Source of the DNA: an uncultured delta proteobacterium
GTDB taxonomy: Bacteria > Myxococcota > Myxococcia > Myxococcales > Myxococcaceae
Assembly (NCBI GenBank): GCA_963796055.1
Contig: CAWCKH010000004.1
Coordinates: 3,594,990-3,658,989, forward strand
Direction of reading: 5' to 3'
DNA length: 64,000 nt
Position numbers and translations under genes: made by a program. Positions 60,545 through 64,000 of this stretch are shown piece by piece; positions within the stretch are counted from its first letter, which is position 1; every line of letters starts with the position of its first letter. The notes below the pieces were generated by a model. It saw only the letters and a program-made list of their open reading frames with translations. It was not told where the DNA came from and did not search any database.

Positions 60545-60775
60545 TTAGGGCTGGCGCCCCTCCTGGACCCACCGTCGAAAGAGGGCGACCCGGTCCGGTG
60601 GCCACGGCCCATCGCACGGCATCGACCCGGTGGCGACCTTCTGGAGAATGGCATCGGCGTAATCGCGCACGTCGTCGTAGCTCGATAGGTCGAAGGCCTT
60701 CTTCATCGAATTGACGTCCTTCTCGCGAAACAGGGGACGGATGTAGCGGGCAAAGCTCGTCGCTGGGTCTGCCAT
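60545..60775 (-). CDS. Small conserved hypothetical protein (76 aa)
   Basis: SFARYIRPLFREKD...SMPCDGPWP...LFRRWV; RBS GAGGG. Confidence 0.75.
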   Translation of the reverse strand: MADPATSFARYIRPLFREKDVNSMKKAFDLSSYDDVRDYADAILQKVATGSMPCDGPWPPDRVALFRRWVQEGRQP

Positions 60776-60893
60776 GGCGCCCTCGGTCGTCGGTGGAGCC
60801 GCCGCACGTGCCGGCTCCGGATGATCCCTGTCACTGGATGGGCTTTCTTGGAAGCGCGTGACCGCGAGGCTGGCGCCGCGGAGAGCAGGCGGT

Positions 60894-61005
60894 GGGGCTT
60901 TGGTGTTTCTGGGGGCGAACGGGCCGTTTCGAACACCGCGCGCGTGCGGTGCCCGCTCATCTTCATGACGACTGACTCCGGAACGCCGGCTCTGCGCGCC
61001 GGGGT
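60894..61005 (-). pseudogene. C-terminal fragment of a tyrosine integrase related to 43695..44801
   Basis: ARRAGVPESVVMKMSGHRTRAVF versus ARKAGIPESVVMRMSGHRTRAVF; PRNTKAP versus PKNTKAP. Confidence 0.85.
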
Positions 61006-61051
61006 GGCCCGAGCCAGCGCACCAGGTTCTCGACATAGCGTGTCGTGTGCT

Positions 61052-61875
61052 TCAGCGCCTGGGGTTCGCCTTCAGGCCGGACCCGGGGGGCTCGGTCACG
61101 AACGACGGTGCGCCACTCGCAGGGTCCCAGTTGAGTCTGCGAAGTGGTGGAAGCTGAGACTCGGCAACGGCGCGGCCCGGAAACTCGCTGCTCCGCTCGA
61201 AGGCCACCACCAGGTTGAACGCTTGGCCGCTCACGACGCTCCGGCCACGGGCCACGGTCCGGGCATGCGGGTCGCCTGCGGGGGGCGCAACGGCCCCCTC
61301 GTGCGGATGGGACGGGAGCGATTCAATCCGACCGCCCTCCGGCCAGGTGAGGAGCGGGTGCGACGGCTCCACGGCGAGGACGGGCTGAGCATCGCCGTTG
61401 GCCCCGGAGTGGTAGTTCGGGAAGTCGATGGTCGGCGTGTCCTTGTCGTCCCGGCACCAGCGCAATCGGTCCGGCTCCCGGCAGGATTCGGCGTGGAAGT
61501 AGTGCGCCGCGCCGACCCGTCGAAGCCTCCGCAGCCAGCGGCCCATGTCCTGGTGGTCGCGCGGTCAGCAGCCCACCTCCCATCCCGCTGGAACGCGTCG
61601 GAATCGCCGCGCACTCCGCGTCGGTGCAGGCGTCCCCGCCGTCGACCGCGAAGAGCCAGAGCTCGTCGAAATCCCGGCGGTCGAGGCCGGTTAGGACCGG
61701 GTCGTGTCCATTCGCATCGCTCGAGCGATTCCGGGCGGTGACCGCCGTGAGGGGTGTCCCATCCGCCCGGCGGAACTCGCGGAGGGTCTCGACCAGAGAC
61801 GAGAACCGGCCCACGTGCCAGTCGTCCGCGGCGAAGGGGATGCTGCATTGGACGAGGATTCGGAATCGGGGCCAT
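61052..61875 (-). pseudogene. Frameshifted conserved hypothetical protein
   Basis: Coding-like segments in several frames: DDWHVGRFSSL, FDELWLFAVD, GAAHYFH, PNYHSGANGD, PSHPHEGAV, GAPSFVTEPPG. Confidence 0.65.
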
Positions 61876-61902
61876 AGCCAGCCTCTTGTCGTGCAGGCCT
61901 TC

Positions 61903-61918
61903 AGCAGGTCCCGTGCCA
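61903..61918 (-). promoter_or_regulatory. sigma54 promoter
   Basis: TGGCACGGGACCTGCT. Confidence 0.65.
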
Positions 61919-62046
61919 GCGAACGGTGCAGCGGAGGCGCCGAGAGACCTCCAGAGCTCTGAATCAGCTGCCGAATTCTTGGCACGCACTGCGGACTTTC
62001 CAGCAGCCTCGGTGACACCGCGTCCTCGGCTTGCTCGGGGGAACGC

Positions 62047-62062
62047 TGGCATCGCCGGTGCA
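62047..62062 (+). promoter_or_regulatory. sigma54 promoter
   Basis: TGGCATCGCCGGTGCA. Confidence 0.55.
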
Positions 62063-62105
62063 AGCGGGAATACCTCCAGGACGCCGCACGGTCGTCGAGG
62101 ACGCG

Positions 62106-62361
62106 GTGAAGAGCTGCACGCATCTGACGGAGATTCGCGAGCTGAAGCCGAGCGGCGACGGATGCGCCGATTGTCTCCGCCTCGGCTTGACCTGGACGCA
62201 CCTCCGGGTCTTGCCTACTCTTGCGGGAACATCGGCTGCTGCGACTCCTCGGACGGCCGGCACGCGACTAGGCACTTTTTTGCAACCAGACACCCAATCC
62301 GGAATCCCTCGAGGAGGGCGAGGACTGGCGCTGGTGCTACCCGGACGAAACGTACGTCTAA
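62106..62361 (+). pseudogene. UBP-type zinc-finger protein, frameshifted
   Basis: CTHL...GCADCL...WTHLR / CGNIGCCDSS..RHATRHF / EDWRWCYPDE spread over three frames. Confidence 0.8.
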
Positions 62362-62427
62362 CAGTTGTCACTGCGATGCGTCGCTGGCTCGACCTCCTGC
62401 CAATAGGATGCGCGTCTCAGGGACGCT

Positions 62428-63968
62428 ATGGGCCTCGCGAGCATCGAGAGTAGCCTCGGACGGATCAGCCTGCGGACGGCGAGCACGCTCGAGCTGGGAG
62501 AGGTGCTCTCGGAGGTCACTCGCGGCCTCGTCGAGGACCTCGACGCCGCGCTCGCACGGAGTCTGGCTGTTCGGACCTGGGGACCTCTGCACCGAATGCA
62601 CCATGGCTCAGCAATGTCCGAGCCGGACGACCTGTCTTCACCTCGTGGCCAGCACGGGTCTGTCGGACCGCATCGACGGGGGGCACCGTCGCGTTCCCAT
62701 CGGTGCCCTCAGGATCGGCCAGATCGCGCAGTCACACCAGCCGGTGTGCACCAACGACCTTCTCAACGAGCCTCGCATCACGGACAAGGACTGGGTTCGC
62801 AGAGAAGCCCTGGAGTCGTTGCCCGGATATCCCTGGGGTTCCGGAGCGAGGTCTTCGGCGTCCTCGCCATGTTCGCGCGCCGGGCTCTCCTCGAGGCGGA
62901 ATTCGAGAGCTTGAGAGTCTGCGCCACCCAGGCGTCCATCGCCATCAAGAATGCTCGCCTCTTCGACGAGGTCCTGCAGCTCTCCCGCCGTCTCGAGGCG
63001 GAAAATTTCTACCTCAAGGGAGAGCTACGTGCGGGGCTGCCGGCCGGAATCGTGGGTGAGAGCGCCGCAATCCGCCGAGTTCTTGCAGACCTCGAGCGTG
63101 TCGCTCGAACTTCCTCGACCGTACTGCTCCTTGGCGAGACCGGCACCGGGAAGGAGATCTTCGCCAACGCCCTGCACGAGCTGAGCCCGCGGCGAGGGCG
63201 TGCCTTCGTCAAGGTCAGTTGCGCGGCGATCTCCCCCAGCCTCATCGAGAGTGAGCTCTTCGGACACGAGAAGGGTGCATTCACAGGCGCTCTGCAGCGC
63301 CGGGCGGGCCGATTCGAGCTCGCGCACGGAGGAACCCTCTTTCTGGACGACATCGGTGAGCTGCCCATCGAACTACAGGCCAAGCTGCTTCGCGTGCTCC
63401 AGGAGAAGGAGCTGGAGCGCGTGGGAGGCACCGGCCGATCCCGGTCGACGTTCGGGTCATCTGCGCGACGAATGGAAGCCTCGAGGCGGAGGTCGCCGAG
63501 AAGCGCTTTCGCGCAATCTCTTCTATCGACTGAAGGTGTTTCCGATTCACGTGCCCCCACTTCGCGAGCGGCGCGAGGATGTTCCGCTGCTGGTCGATGC
63601 CTTCGTCCGCGCCCTCGGAAGCCAGCTCGGTCGTGCGCTCGAGGGCGTCGACGAGACCGCGCTCCTGCTTCTGTGCAGCTACCACTGGCCGGGGAACGTC
63701 CGAGAACTACACAACGTGCTCGAGCGCGCGGCGATCCTCGCGCGCGGTCGCCTCATCCGACCCGAAGAGATACCCGGATCTCCACTCCCCTGAGGAGTCA
63801 GGCGAGGCTCCCCCTCACGACGGGCTCAAGGCGCGGGTCGAATGGTCCCGGCGGTCGCAGATCGCGGAAGCGCTTCGACACTCCGCCGGGAACCAGTCCG
63901 AGGCCGCTCGGCAGCTTCAGCTCAGCCGTGCCACCCTGGCGTACAAGATGAAGCGCTGCGGTCTGTGA
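62428..63968 (+). pseudogene. GAF-domain sigma54-dependent activator (FhlA-like) with multiple frameshifts
   Basis: GAF segments out of frame; [32 protein letters not shown] and the HTH each in different frames. Confidence 0.85.
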
Positions 63969-64000
63969 CCTTCCCTGGCATTCGCTGAAGAGTCGGCAGG

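Overview
High-GC window, probably from a myxobacterium (Myxococcota-like gene content; inferred, no search run). Positions 1-43.5 kb are mostly chromosomal: alpha-2-macroglobulin/pbpC, a cluster of small sigma54-preceded 'D[IV]GPG' proteins, a Liv-type ABC transporter, a PHA cluster (CoA-transferase-phaC, phasin, phaR, phaZ), rlmN, rpsP-khpA-rimM-trmD-rplS, yraN-rsmI, murJ, an S1-domain paralogue and an acyl-CoA ligase/Liv-type ABC operon. At 43.6 kb an initiator tRNA-Met is followed by an integrated island that runs to the window end. It carries a tyrosine integrase, an excisionase, a tandem-RHH-like gene, an IS481-family element, a highly structured ORF-poor region (long nested hairpin plus a 12-nt-phased repeat array) and a DUF4062-STAND ATPase. 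It also carries a Ser/Thr kinase-FHA/sigma54 activator pair flanked by duplicated enhancer+promoter cassettes, and a decaying right end with tRNA-Ala and integrase remnants. The two best leads are (i) a putative kinase/FHA-EBP/small-peptide sigma54 signalling system and (ii) the structured cis-region of a minimal integrative element. All family calls come from motif recognition by eye.
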